DNA of 64,000 nucleotides from NCBI RefSeq assembly GCF_006345805.1, contig NC_043000.1, positions 79,298,001 through 79,362,000 of the forward strand, given 5' to 3'. Position numbers and translations under genes: made by a program. The notes under the pieces were generated by a model, which saw nothing but the letters and a program-made list of their open reading frames with translations, had not been told where the DNA came from and made no database searches. Position 1 is the first letter of the stretch. Each line of letters opens with the position of its first letter. Source of the stretch: Octopus sinensis (Eukaryota). Shown here piece by piece: positions 36,071 to 51,134 of this stretch.

Positions 36071-36877
36071 TTACTTATAATAATAATAATGATGATGATG
36101 ATGATGATGATAATAGTAATAATTTCTACTATAGGCACAAGGCCTGAAATTTGCAGGGAAGGGGATAGTTGATTATATTGACCCCAGTACTCAAATGATT
36201 GACTCCGAGAGGATGAAAGGCAAAGTTGACCTCAATGGAATTTGAACTCAGACAGAAGAAACAGCGCGCTAATGATTCTGGCAGCTCGCCGTCTTAATAA
36301 TAAAAATATTAATAATATAACCCAGTAAATGTAGTTACTTATAATAATAATAATGATGATGATGATGATGATGATGATGATAATAGTAATAATTTCTACT
36401 ATAGGCACAAGGCCTGAAATTTGCAGGGAAGGGGATAGTTGATTATATTGACCCCAGTACTCAAATGATTGACTCCGAGAGGATGAAAGGCAAAGTTGAC
36501 CTCAATGGAATTTGAACTCAGACAGAAGAAACAGCGCGCTAATGATTCTGGCAGCTCGCCGTCTTAATAATAAAAATATTAATAATATAACCCAGTAAAT
36601 GTAGTTACTTATAATAATAATAATGATGATGATGATGATGATGATGATGATAATAGTAATAATTTCTACTATAGGCACAAGGCCTGAAATTTGCAGGGAA
36701 GGGGATAGTTGATTATATTGACCCCAGTACTCAAATGATTGACTCCGAGAGGATGAAAGGCAAAGTTGACCTCAATGGAATTTGAACTCAGACAGAAGAA
36801 ACAGCGCGCTAATGATTCTGGCAGCTCGCCGTCTTAATAATAAAAATATTAATAATATAACCCAGTAAATGTAGTTA
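36071..36877. repeat. Tandem triplication (264, 270, 270 bp), each unit carrying a SINE B copy
   Basis: Units start at 36071, 36335 and 36605 and differ only in GAT count (7, 9, 9). Confidence 0.95.
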
Positions 36878-36984
36878 AACTGGATAATACGAATAAGAAC
36901 GATAGTCATTATCATAGTAAAGCAGTGTATAAATAACCAAATTGCTTTAGATCCTACTACACCTCATCAAAATAAGTTTAAAAA

Positions 36985-37200
36985 TAAAAAGATTACAAAT
37001 GTGGTTCAACCCTGTTCTTTGTTATAAATGTTGCTTTAAATATGGCTGGTAAATCTTTTTGAGCTTCAGAGAAATACTTCCATGCATCCAACTTGATCAA
37101 GAAATTTTCAGTAGACATACTACGCTGAACTCATTTACTGCACAATACCAAATATTGCTGAATACATAACAAAATTTAACCATAGAAAATTAAACAATAC
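36985..37200 (+). mobile_element. Old PLE fragment (WFNP region)
   Basis: MWFNPV...EKYF, frameshifted. Confidence 0.45.
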
Positions 37201-38140
37201 AACTAATGACAATCCTCATAATAGCACTGCTCTTAGCCACCCAAATAACTGCAATACTATAAATAATGTAAATGGTCAATGCACCCAATTCTAATAATAG
37301 AACTACATTGATAGTCAATCTGAACCTATTATACCTACCAATATGTAACTTTTGAAATATATTAGTGTCCAGTTAATAATCAATTCTTTAAGAAAAATAT
37401 ACTGCATAAGTGATTTATCACTGCACTTTGTAAAGGACTTGTTTATATTGGTGTGTCCTGCTCCTCATTCAAACTTGTTGGGAAAATCCCAAATCTACAC
37501 CTGAAAATAAAGCTAGTAGTTACATCTTCAGCTAAATTTGTATATTGTTTCACTGATAATTTCTCTCTATATAAATCTCTTTGTTCTTCTCTCTGTTCCC
37601 TAAGCATTCTCAAATGGCTCCACCAAATCAAATCAAATTTTACAAGGTAACAGTATTACACCCTGCGATTGTCAACATGTTATTTTTATTTTCATTTGGA
37701 TTGAAACAATATAACATTTTCTCGAAAATAATCTTTCTATAGTAACGGACATTTTATGCCATGACGTCATGTTTTGTATATGGGTGTGTATGTGTCTGTG
37801 TTTGCACGTTCGTTACGTACGAGATAGTAAAGGACATTTTATACAATGACGACATCATATCTCTATCATTCTGTCTAGTGCTTACCGTTGTAATGATGTC
37901 TGGTATCAAAAAAATTATTACAGCTACTTTCATTGTTTACAATCTTCTGTACCGGTGTACTTGTGTACACTAACACATAAACAAAAAGTTAGAAAGGCTG
38001 AAGGGCCAAACAAAAACACTGTACTGGTGTATCAGAAAATAACCATGTAATGGTTTCTGGTGCTCCCAAAATTATTACAGCTACTTTAATTGTTTAGTTT
38101 GGCGTACCGGTGTATTTGTGTTTCAGTAAATAACAATGGG

Positions 38141-38626
38141 TATTTCGTAAAGGACCCGTTCATACCATGGTGTGAAATAATTTTTTTTTACACAGGATTT
38201 TTCGAGTGCATTCAATGTATCTGACCTCCAAACCTGCCACAAGCCACTTTTTTTTTCTAGAAAAGAAGGGGGCGAGGAACTAAAAAATTATTTCATAGTG
38301 AAATATCAGTGGGGCCCTTTATTGCGAATAGCTGTTACGTGGTATAGGGCGTGCTAGAAATAGCAGCCAAATCTTTCCTTTTTGGGGGAAAGGAGCTGTT
38401 TACACGTGATTTCGAGGCCACATTTGTTGAAAGTATGCGAAATAACATGGAAAAGAAAAACAAAAACCTGTGAAACAAAAAATCTGAGGTACCACGCCTC
38501 TCCTCTCTTTTCCGGAAAAATGTGGCTTGCAGTGGGTTTGAAGGTTAGATACACTGAATGTACTCAAAAAAACTTGTGGAAAAAAGTTATTTTACACCAA
38601 GTTACGAATGGGTCCTTTACGAAATA
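38141..38626. mobile_element. MITE-like element with ~140-bp imperfect TIRs
   Basis: tatttcgtaaaggaccc...acaagccac...cgagg versus cctc...gtggcttg...gggtcctttacgaaata. TA at both ends. Confidence 0.7.
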
Positions 38627-40383
38627 TTTACCACCTGAGTCCTTCTGCTTGTATTAAATATAAAATTGCTTGATCCATCGTATGAAATATATGGTGGTGG
38701 TGGTTGGTGTGGGCTCTGTGTATCTGAGGCATACCACATTATAAGTAACCAGTATCATAAAAATAAATTGTTTGTATATACTATGTATACCTAACCTTAA
38801 ATAACTTAGGAGACCTACACTAACAAAACCTTGATTAATGCAAATGAGCACTTTCCAATATAATGAAGATCATAACAGTTTCCTGTTTGTAATCATACTC
38901 TGTCATTCCACTATTAAGTAAAATTATTAAAAAACTTATAGATATTTAGATTTTCAGTCTCTCTCAAGCCCCGAACAAATCTATATAAGTATTACTAAAA
39001 TTGTTACTATCTGATGACTATCCTAGTTCTGCCTTTCTACACCTCTGAACTTCTTTATATTCGCTCAATTGTTTTAATTTTAGATGTTATTTATCTAAAT
39101 TTTATTTTAAATAATCCCTTTGGCAGATTCATCTGCTAGATGTATTAACTACTTATCCTTAGTAACTGGCCTGCATACACTTGTGTATGTACTCCTATAT
39201 GCATAAATCTGTGTAGACATGCATATGCTGAGATTTGGGTGTATATATACATATGTGCATACATATACAGATGTTTCTATGTACATACATTAATATGCAT
39301 GTGTGCTTATCATTCTATGTATGTATTGTTTACTTATATTTAAAAAAAATCTGTGCACATGTATGTATATTCATATGTGTGTATGTATGTACGTGTGTGT
39401 ATATATATATATATAAACATGTATACACATAGGCCCAAGTGTGCATATTTATATTTATCTGTATGTATAAATGTTTCTGAATGTGTTTCTACATATATAA
39501 TTTGTTTACCAGAGAAAAGCATATCGAGATGTAGCTAATGTTGGAGTAAAATTCTTGAAAGTTCAAAAGCTTTCTGCGACCTTGTATGGACGTTTATTGT
39601 TACTGAACACAATTCCTTGGTATTAGTTTGACCTCCCTGTCTTTATGTATTCATCCATGAATTCACCAGTTTTTTTTTGTTCAACTTTTATATTATTTGT
39701 TTACATTTTTAGAAAATATATCTTTTAATTGCAATAATAAATCTCTGGAGCACTGCCTTGAAGGTCGAACAAATTGACCCCAGTACTTTTTTTAAAGCCT
39801 GGTATTCTATTGGTCTTTATATATACAACAGGTTTCTTTCAGTTTGTCTCACAAGGCTTTGGGCAACACAGGGCTATAGTAGAAGACACTTGCCTAAGAT
39901 GCCATACAATGAGACTGAACCCGGAACCATGTGGCTGGAAAGCAAGTTTGTTACCACACAGCCAGCCATACTTTGTTATTTTATTTAATTTTTTTTTCTT
40001 CTTGTTATCTTGATGGTTAATTCCTCAATTTCTATCTAGCATTTGAATTATGTGAGGGTGTTCATATGTAAAAAAAAATCTTTCTCTAATAGCAACACAG
40101 TATATCTTACCTTTTACTGACTAAATATTATTTAGTCCAGTTCCATACAGTGTATATAAAGAGGGAATTTTGCATGTACATTTAGAGTTCAACTGCTGAA
40201 ATAACCATGATGTTCTGCTGGACTAGCATCCTTTATTTACATTAATTCAAGAATATACAAATGTATTGTATAATGCTGAGCATACATATTACTGCAAACA
40301 TGTACACAAAATTTCTTGCATAGTGAAATACTACAAGAAGGTTGCAAAACAACCATAAACCTATTGAAGTTACATGATTAAAC

Positions 40384-40427
<44 letters not shown>

Positions 40428-40434
40428 AACATAT

Positions 40435-40620
40435 ACAAGAAAATCAATAAGAGACATTCAACATCTTTGGCCGATTTTGTGTGGCGACTTAAGGAAGATC
40501 AAATAAAGTATAACATAACTTGGTCTATAGTAAGGCACGCAAAACCATATAATATTGTTTCCAGATGTCAACTCTGCTTCGAGGAATCCCAGTCTATTCT
40601 GCGGACCATGAGATCATTAA
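40435..40620 (+). mobile_element. PLE GIY-YIG C-terminal fragment
   Basis: STSLADFVWRLKEDQIKYNITWSIVRHAKPY...CQLCFEE. Confidence 0.7.
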
Positions 40621-41359
40621 TAGAATTCCTGAAAGACTCTCAATATGCCTACATGCATGTGTACTTTTGCATAATGCAGTGGGAATGAATTTGAGTAACT
40701 GTTAATGTAATTTACCTTAAGGTATGGATGAATTAAGTTTAGCTCTAGCCTCCCCATTCATATAAACACCAAGTAGCTATTTAACTTGCTATGTGAATGC
40801 ATGTGTGTAAAACCACACGTGCATACAATTGCGTCTTCTTGGATGCTTGCATGAGCAAGTGTACATGTGTCATACAACTTATATGAGGGCATTTATACAT
40901 CCATATCTATTGGTTATTTTTAATACATTTTTCACTGTATTGCACATTTATTTCTTTTTTGCATGTTATTTTATTATTGATTTTCTATGTTAATGAAGTT
41001 GTATCCTTTAATTTGTTGCTTTTCTTTACACGAAATGAGAAGATACATAGCAGAACTGTTATTTTAATGAGTTATAACTATTTATCACCCAAAGAGACAC
41101 ATCTGCTCCATTGGATGATCCTGAACCAGTTGTTAAGTATCCCAGCCATGAGGGATCGATGCTAGATGTGTCAAAACAATTGTAGTGATTAATAATTCTC
41201 GTATCTTCTGTCATATATATATATATATATATATAGGGCATCCGGCCGTAGAAAACTTGCCACACGCATAGCGCTGCGTATATGTATATATATATATACA
41301 TACATACAAACGTGTATCTATCTATTTATATATATACAAACGCATATGTATATTCATAG

Positions 41360-41680
41360 CTTTTATCTTTTACTTGTTTCAGTCATTAGACTGAGGTCAT
41401 GCTGGGGACCTTGAAGAATTTTTAGTTGAATGGATCGATCCCAGTACTTGATTCTTTTTTTTTTTGCTAAACCTAGCACCTATTCTCATTTGCTGAACTG
41501 CTAGGTTACAGGAACATAGATGGGCTTCTTTCAGTTTCTGTCTACCAAATCCACTCACAAGGCTTTGGTCGGCCTGGGGCTACAGTAGAAAGCACTTGCC
41601 CAAGGTGCCATGCAGTGGGACTGAACTCAGAGCCATGTGGTTAGGAAGCAAGATTCTTACCACACAGTCATGCCTACAAT
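41360..41680 (-). mobile_element. SINE family A
   Basis: Head and tail blocks match the family. A similar partial copy lies at ~39740-39965. Confidence 0.75.
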
Positions 41681-42186
41681 ACATATATAAACATACACAC
41701 ATATATATATATATACATACATTCTTTTTTTTTAGCCATGATTTGCATTCATGCTTGAGCACCAGTGACTTTGCATGTTTACACATATACATACATACAA
41801 ATATATTATAGATGTCTCATCAGGCCACGCACATATAACCTCAGTTTGAAAAGAGGTTATATGTCTGCAGCCAATGGAGACTGACAATAACAACATGTAT
41901 GTATACAGATGGATTCTGCATGTGTATGTGTTATACATATATAATTTGGTAGATAGAAAGTAATATGGAGGTCTGTCATGTAGATTTGCATGTATAAATA
42001 TAGAATTTTTATGTAACTACTCATCTGTATATATTTATATATGACAGGCTTCAGTATAGTTTCTGTCTACAAAATTTTGATCATAAGGCCAAAATGCAAG
42101 GTATTTTTCCACTGTACTACACAGTGGACTGAGACAGAAGTAACATGTTTGCAAAGCAGACTTCTTTATCACACAGATGTGTGTGA

Positions 42187-42223
<37 letters not shown>

Positions 42224-42935
42224 TGAAGGCATGTGGCTTATTGGTTCAGGTATTCAGCTCATGATTGTAGGGCCATGAGTTTCATTCCTGGTACATGTTA
42301 TGTCCTTGAGCAAGACACTTTATTTCATGTTGCTTCAGTTCACTCAGCTGGCAAAAATGAGTAGTACCTATATTTCAAAGGGCCAGCCTTGTTACATTCT
42401 GTGTCATGCTGAATCTGCCTGAGTATAATGTTGATTGGATCAACTGTAACCCTCGTCGTAACTGATGGAGTGCCAATGTGATACACACAAGCACACACAT
42501 GCACAGAATAGATCTTAAATAATATTATTGTTATTTAAGACAGCAATCTAGCAGAATCATTAATGCTGGGCAAAATGCTTAGCTGCATTTCCTCTGGCTT
42601 CACGTTCTGTGTTCAAATTTTGCCAAAGTTAATTACCTTTCATTCTTCTGGGGTTGATAAAATAAGTACCAGTTGAACACTGGGTTTGATGTGACTTATC
42701 CCCTCCCCGATCTTGCTGGCTTTGTGCCAAAAATTTGAAATCATCACCATCATTACTCTTATCAAAGCAGTGAGCTGGCAGAATCGTTAGCATACTTAGT
42801 GGTATTCCATCCATCACTACATTCTGAGTTTCATTCTTTTGGAGCTGATAAATTAAGTACCAGTGAAACACTGGGGTCGATGTAATTGACTAGACCCCTC
42901 CCCACAAATCTGAGGCCTTGTGCCTCAAGTAGAAA
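42224..42935 (+). mobile_element. SINE cluster (family D then two family B copies)
   Basis: tccttgagcaagacac core at ~42303; gctggcagaatcgttagc heads near 42545 and 42773. Confidence 0.7.
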
Positions 42936-43219
42936 GGACTACTACTACTACTACTACTATTATTATTATTATTATTAGGCTGGTGGATAGGCAGAATTGT
43001 TAAAGTATCAGGAAATATGCATTGTATAATTTTGTTTGTTTCTCTCTGTTTTGAGTTCAAATCCAGTTGAGGTTAATTTCACTTTTCATCATTTTGGCAT
43101 TGATAATATAATGTACCAAACTAATACTGGAGTCAATGGTTTCAATGAACATCCAATCTTGAAAACTGCTGGTCTTGTGCTTAAATTAGAAACAATTATT
43201 AGTGTTATTATTACAAAGA

Positions 43220-45308
43220 ATATATTCTGGAGATGTGAATACTATACTCCAGAGTATCCTGGACTCAATATGGGCAGCATGTGCAGCATCAGTGCCACGT
43301 AAACAAAAAAAGAAGAACCGCCCCAAAAGGGCAATTTGGGAAACTTCAGCGGTCCGACTTGCCAGGAGGGAACGTCGGACTGCTGAACGGGAATACAGGT
43401 TGCATAAATCAGACACCAACAGGAAGAAGCGGAATAAATCCTCCAACCATCTCAAGCAAGTGACAAAAAAAGCAGTGCTTGAATTTGAACAGTGCATAGC
43501 AGCCAATCCTGACAGCAAGGTTTTCTGGAAATATGTGCACTCAAAGCAGAGACCTCACTCTCCAGTGGGCCCTCTTCGCAACCCTCACACAAACCAGATC
43601 ACTGACGACCCCAAGGAATGCGCAGAACTCATTGCCGAGTGCTATGCAAACATATTCACTGTTGAAAGTCAAAATGTACCATCTTCACCATCACTAACAG
43701 CAAACTCCATAACAACTATGGAATTTACACCTGCAATGCTGCGACGTCACCTTCAAAATAAGCGCAACTATGCCTCCCCTGGTCTCGATGGAGTTACATA
43801 CCTGCTTCTCAAACGTGGCAGGCACTTCCTTTTACACCAGCTTTCTATTTTCTTCCAGTACTGTCTCAACAATGGTGCTACTCCGGAGCAGTGGAAAACT
43901 GCCAGTGTCATTCCTCTGTTCAAAAAGGGCGACCGCACATCACCTGTCAACTATCGCCCAGTCAGTCTCACTAGCTGTATTGCAAAACTGATGGAATCGT
44001 GTGTCAGAGAAACACTCTGGAACTTCTGGAGCTCTCACAGTCTCATCCGACCCTCACAATATGGATTTGTCCCTAACTCCAGCTGCAGTGACCAGCTTGT
44101 CGAGTTCCTTGAGGACATTACTCAGATTACTGACAGTGGCTCATGGGTGGATGTTGTCTACCTTGACTTTGCTAAGGCTTTCAACTCTGTGCCACACAAA
44201 AGGCTTATGGTGAAACTCTCTGCAATGGGTGTGGGGGATGACCTTTTTAACTGGTTGAAATCCTTCATCCTCAGCCGAAAGGAGGTAGTCACAGTTCTAG
44301 GACAGCACTCTACACCATATGAGATGTCATCGGGTGTACCACAGGGATCTGTCCTTGGCCCCCTCTTGTTTGTGGCATACATTAACGACATAGATGCCAA
44401 TTTAAAGAATGCCACAGTATTGAAATATGCAGACGACATCAAGCTGTACCTTGAAATCAACAGGACAGATCCTGATGTCTACAACTCTTTCCTGCAATCA
44501 GACCTAGACACAATGCAGCAATGGATCACAGACTGGCAACTGAAACTGGCTGTGGACAAGTGTACCACCATGCATTTTGGGAGAAAAAACCCTGCGTTCA
44601 CATACTCCCTCCACAACACTGATATCAAGAAATCCTCTTGCGAGCGTGACCTAGGCATCACTGTCAGCAGTGATCTGCGTTGGTCAAAGCATATCTCTAA
44701 GATTGTCAGGAAGGCCGAGGGTGTCTTGGCATCACTCAGCAGGTCTTTTGTTAGCCGCTCTCCAGCCATCTATTTAAAACTGTATACAGCTATGGTACGA
44801 CCACACTTGGAATTCGCATCATCAGTTTGGAACCCCTATCTTGCACAGAACATTGACCTCCTGGAATCTGTCCAGAGACGTGCAACCAAACGCATACCCT
44901 CCATCAGACACCTACCATATTCTGAGCGCCTTGTTTCCCTGGGCATGGATTCACTGAAGCTCCGGCGTTTGGCGACGGACTTGGTAAACACCCACAAAGT
45001 TATCAACCACCTCACCAACAACAACACTGAACACCTTTTTGATCTCCATGTGTCTAACACACGTGGACATGCCTACAAAGTCAGAAAACAATACAGCTCC
45101 CATGACTTTCGGAAACATTTTTTCACGCTCAGAGTTGCTGAAGCATGGAATAAACTGCCTGCGTCAGTTGTTGACTGCCATGACACTGCATCTTTTAAGG
45201 CCCTCATGCTTTCCGAAATCCGCCGAAACTTCACCTGATTATATATACACTTTAGATGAGTTGTAGTGCACCTGAGCACTGTACACAATTATTATTATTA
45301 TTATTATT
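43220..45308 (+). mobile_element. CR1-clade LINE, 5'-truncated, uninterrupted RT ORF
   Basis: Stop-free frame 43202-45238: SPGLDGV, NYRPVSLTS, YLDFAKAFNSVPH, GVPQGSVLGPLLF, KYADD, ERDLG. No APE domain. (TTA)n tail. Confidence 0.95.
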
Positions 45309-48300
45309 CTCAAGTTAAGCATACTTCTGATAAATGTCATCCAGGGTCTTCAATGAACTGATTTAAATATTTTATTTTATGTGTTATTCATTATAAGAAT
45401 CGTAATATTTCTTTTTAAGTCATCATCATCATCACCACAATCAGCATCATCTTCATTATAACAAGCTTCTATCTCCTGATCATATATCAATAATTAAGCT
45501 GTGAATAAATTTGCTATATTGAAAAGAATAGATACTATATTTCATTGAGAAAATAAAAGGTGTGCGTGTGTACTGATACAGATATATTTGTGTCCTTACT
45601 CTTACAGAAATGTACTACAAATACCAATCTGAGAATTATGAAATTGAAAAGAATATACATAAAAATAAACAGAAGATAATAAACTGTAAGATTAAATAAT
45701 GAATTTAAAAAATAACAAGAACAACAATTAAAATTATTAATAAACAGAAAAGAAAAAAAAAAACATTGAAAGTTTGGGTAAGTTTTAATGGTTATGCCAT
45801 TTGTAGGCAATATAAAATATAGCAGAGTGGGAAAAGTTTCAATGTACAAATAAATTAAAAGTGAGACAAAATGTGTTTTGTTTTGTGGTTGTTTTTAACT
45901 ACTTTGTAAAATAAATTATTTATTTTTTTATTGTCTGAGAGAATCTCCATTTAGAGTTTTTTCTTTTTGCCATTTATTCATTTATTTATATATTTATTTT
46001 TCTCGTGTTTTGAATAGAATAAATTGAAATGATACCTCAAATGAAGAATGCTGCTTATTTCGGTGGGGAGAAGACATAACATCACTAAGCTAAGGATAAA
46101 GCAATGGAATAAAAAAAACAAAAGCTTTCATCCATTTAAGGGCCATTTGTATGATTATAAAATTAACCCTAACCCTTTAGCATTCAAACTGGCTAAACTG
46201 AAGCCACTATTAAAGACTAAACCATATCATACCCAGCCTTGGTACCAAACTACTTTTCTCCAATTAATTATAATTTCTATATAAATACACCAGCGTATTT
46301 AACATTATTAGTATCATGAATGCTAAAGGGATAATAAACCACTACTGAAAGTTATAAAACAATGAAGTGGGGGAAGTGTGTGTCTATGTGTAATGTGTTT
46401 GTGATATATATTTTAGAATCTGACATAACACCCTGCCCCCTAAAAAATTCTAACAGATCACAGCATATCTGGATATGTGAAAGCACACTTTGTATTTGCT
46501 GCAAATAATTCTCATATTATGTATGGATATGTTTATGTGTGTGTGTGCATATACATCTGAATTTTCCCCTCAAAATGGGAACGGGTATGTATAAAAAAGA
46601 AAAGTAATGTTTGTATATTCAAGTGCTGTTGTGTATGATTTGTTTTATAAAACAAAGTATATAAGCCAAGCTCTCTCTCTTTCTTTCTCTCTATTAATTA
46701 AAATTTTCTGATTATACATTCCAATGAGATATAAATTAATCTGTTGTGATTGTCCACTAATTAAGATAAGAACAACTTGCAAATTAGGGAAAAAACATCA
46801 AAGAGTTTCTGAAAGCCATTGTCTTTGTGTATTGTTTTACTTTTTTCTTTCTTTTTCTTTTGGGAGGTGGGCTGGGGTTTCTCTTGTGGTGATGTGTTTG
46901 TTTTTGCACAGACCATTACAACAATCTTCAAAATTGTACATCAGAAATGACTTCGAAATCAATGAAACATCATCACAAAATGTTCCTATGGTTTCTCTCT
47001 GGCAGTAACTGAAGAAACAGACTTTCGGCAGTAACAATAAACATATTCATAACAATAATTTAAGTATCTTTTAAAGCAAACTGAAGATAATTGCAGTAGT
47101 GTTGTAGGGGGGTTTAAAATGGAATATAACATTGTAGGTTCCATTCAAATCACAGCCACACACTACATTGGAATGAAATACCATTTTTTTTCTCTAAAGC
47201 AGCAACAAATGCTATGATGTGTTCACTTCATGTTATCAGCAACATACTTTATAAAACTGTTTTTTGAAAGGCTCATATACAAGTAGTTTCACTTGAAGGC
47301 ATAGGCTTCATGTGAAAACACGTGAAGTTAATGAGCAATCACTAATAAAGCCAATATCAATAGTAAAAATTAACTGATAAAAGATATGTACATGTGTATG
47401 TGTATATACACAAACACACATTTGTAACTCACACACAAGTGTGTGTATGTGTGTGTGTGTATGTGTATATATATATTTATATATCCATTATACACACAGA
47501 CACACATATACATGATATATATATATATATAAAATTTATAGTTATATATCAGAAAATAAGCAGGGAGATAATTGAGTAAAAAATAAACCTAACAAATTGT
47601 TATGATATCGTGTGTGTGTGTATGTGTTTGTTTGTGTAGAGTAATATAAATAAAACTTTGTATCTCTAATGAATATATATAAGCAAATGATACAACCAGT
47701 TTCACCAATTTATACCCATGTTCCAGTGATAGATCAATGTATATCATATATATATATATATATAATCAACACAATAGGGAACCTCTATTACTCTCCTCTC
47801 ACACTGATTTTGTTGAGTATTTGAGAGTGGAGGAACCAACCTTTCAAGATAGAGCCGGAGAATAGGGAGTGGGGGCAAGGCAATGAAATGCCGGAAGATT
47901 GTACCTGATGTTTAGATTAGGAAGCACTGTAAACACTGACTGTCCCTTAATGAGAGAATTCTGATTGCTGACATGGCAAGACAATAAAAATAGGACAAAA
48001 AAAAATAAATAAAAAAAGTAACAGAATATTCTTTCCTGTTGTGACCTTCCCATCCCTCAAAAAAAAAAAGAGAGTGGGTGATTTGCTAACAATTTTTTTT
48101 TCCCAAGATGAAGTGAGTCAGCAGAGAAGTAAAACTGGAATTTTGTAAATAAATAGGCCTAATTTATTTTAATATATTTAAATATTTATCATATATCAAT
48201 TTGGAAAATCGGAACAAAACTGACTAAAATGATGCAAGATTTTGCTTCTCTTGTTTGTTAAAGGAATCTGTCCTAACATTTTTTTTCACTGGTTAGTATA

Positions 48301-49509
48301 AAGAGTCTATAACATAACAGGTAATCAGATAAGATACCTACTGGCCAGCCTATCATCATTGCAATTACTTTTCCAATTTTGATAATTAATTTGATATTTT
48401 AATTTTTTTAAATCCTGACAGAGAAAAAGGAGGCCTATCATGATAACTACAAGAAAAAGAAATACTCAAAACAAAATTATATATATGCAATATGTGTGTG
48501 CATGTGCATGTGTATAGTGTATGTGTGTATATATAACACACACACAAGTACTAATCACATACACATTTTCTGTTTGTCTTTATATGTTCTTTCCATGCTA
48601 GCACGGGTTAGACGAATATGTTAAGGAGGCATTTGTTTTACAGCTGGAAACCTTTCCTGACACTAACCCTTACCTCTTTCCAAGTAAGGAATCTCTTATT
48701 CCATGCAATTTTAAAGCTGAGGGGATACTGACTGGAGAAGAGTCAACAGGTACACTGCACAAATGTCATGACTTTCATATAAGTGAGATGGTGATGTAAA
48801 TAAACACATACATATGTATGTGTTTATTTATGTATATAAATATGTGTGTGTATGTACATATAATTTATATGTAAGCGTGTGTATTCATATATTTATATAT
48901 ATACACACACACAAATATATACATGTGTGCATATATATATATGACTGTGTGTTTTGGTATAAAAGTATGTATGTTAAATCAAGTATCTTTATAGTCCAGT
49001 GACATTTCCCTTTTCTGAAACACACTTAAATAGATAACTGACTGGTAGACAGAAAGATAGTTAGACAGATATGGGGAGGGGAGAAAAAAAGAGAAAGAGA
49101 GAGATTTGTCTTCTCTGTTAACTGAGCCCAAAGCTACGATCATTACACAGCAAATTTGATCATTTTTTTTTCCATCACAGGTTACTGATCTCCCACTTAT
49201 GTGACAATGCAAGGGGGTGGGGTGGGACATCAGAGAAATTCTTAGTGTGGAAGAAATGCTTCTAGACAGCAGCAATGTCAAAGACAATAGAAGTATTTCT
49301 GTTAAGCCAGTGTAGGATAAGGCTGCTTGCTATGCAATGCTTTTTCTCACATACTTCTTTTATCAATGCAGGCAACTAGCAAAATATCTGTCTCCAACAT
49401 CCATCTCATATCACAGAAATATGCTACAGTGCATCAAAGTAAATTTATGCGATGCACGCTGGATTACAAGAAACCTTAGTTTGATTTGTACTTCAAACCA
49501 ATTGGGAAC

Positions 49510-49585
<76 letters not shown>

Positions 49586-50034
49586 TTAGTATGTTATTTA
49601 TGCACATATCAATAAATCTAGTTAAACTACTATACTACATAGTTTCAAGGCAACAATGTAGTTATATTTTGTCAGTTTCCTTTCACATATATATGTATAT
49701 TTATATATATAATGTATAGTGTGTGTGTGTGTGTGTGTATGCACAGGTAAGTGAGTGTATAATGTACATGTGTTGTGTGAGAGAATTCCTGCAAAATAGC
49801 AGTGGCATTTGGCCAGAGACATGGCTAGCAGGCAATTGCAGATAGTTTCACTGTTATAGCAAGACATATGGACAACTGGTGTTGATACATAGAGCTGCTG
49901 TATTGCTGCTGTATTGCTGCTGCCTTAAACAGATAACTAGGTATTGCTACTGCTATCAGACTCCTCCTCCTCTTCCTCCTCACCATCATCATCATTATCA
50001 AACATCATCATCAAATGACTCAAGGTAAGTTGCT

Positions 50035-50163
<129 letters not shown>

Positions 50164-50903
50164 TCAAAATAGAAGACATTAACTCTGTGAATAAAACCAC
50201 CAAATAATTTACAACAACAGAAACTTTTGATAATAGCAAAACTTCCTCAAACATCTTGCTTATTAACTTTCTCTCATATTTCTACAGTTCTAACATATTA
50301 TTTTCAGCTTTCATCTTTGATTAATAATCATTAATTTGTAAAGCTCAATAAGTGTCATTGTCAAGAAGCTTAGATGCTCCCAAAAAGTGAATTCCAGTGG
50401 GCATGGTCAATTATCCATAGCAATTCAATTTTATCCCAGTGATTTGTATCAGTTATCCAATGTAGATAAAGTGATGTTCTTTACACCTTTTGCTATAATT
50501 AGGCTTCCAAAGCAACAACTGGTGTATTACTTCATCACTGTTTCTTCAACAGTGACCAATAAAACTAAAATCTTTCTTGTGGCTTACATACTGAAAATAT
50601 TCAGTTGCACAATAGTTATTTCAAAAGCTGAATAAATGTTCATCTTGCAATCTGTAGGAAGTAGGAATGGAGCATGATTTTATTAGCCATATTAAATGGA
50701 ACAAATAATGTCAGGATGCCTTGTTCAGGAACACAACAGAATGGACGCAGTGGCAAGGTTAGCACTTATTTGACCATATGGTGAGTAGTTCACTCCAACT
50801 TAACAAAAAAGCACCAAGCATAACCAACTACTCTAATATCAGGCAACTATTTAATATTGGATTGATGTTAAGTAGATATCTTGTATTTAATAGATATATC
50901 TTA

Positions 50904-51134
<231 letters not shown>

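Noticed and set aside
36071-36877. CRISPR-like periodicity here and in the RTE modules
   Set aside because: Whole units repeat with no unique spacers; eukaryotic context; no cas genes.
37443-37631. Charged ORF LRMLREQREEQRDLYREKL
   Set aside because: Weak splice sites and no recognisable homology.
49937-50020. Acidic mini-ORF after the HECW stop (MMMFDNDDDGEEEEEEESDSSSNT) that would be in frame via a GAG acceptor, skipping the catalytic Cys
   Set aside because: GAG acceptors are rare, frame match is a 1-in-3 chance, and the tract is GAT/GAG microsatellite. Only junction reads could rescue it.
45500-50034. Exact extent of the HECW 3' UTR
   Set aside because: Multiple AATAAA candidates on the minus strand; cannot be chosen without transcript data.
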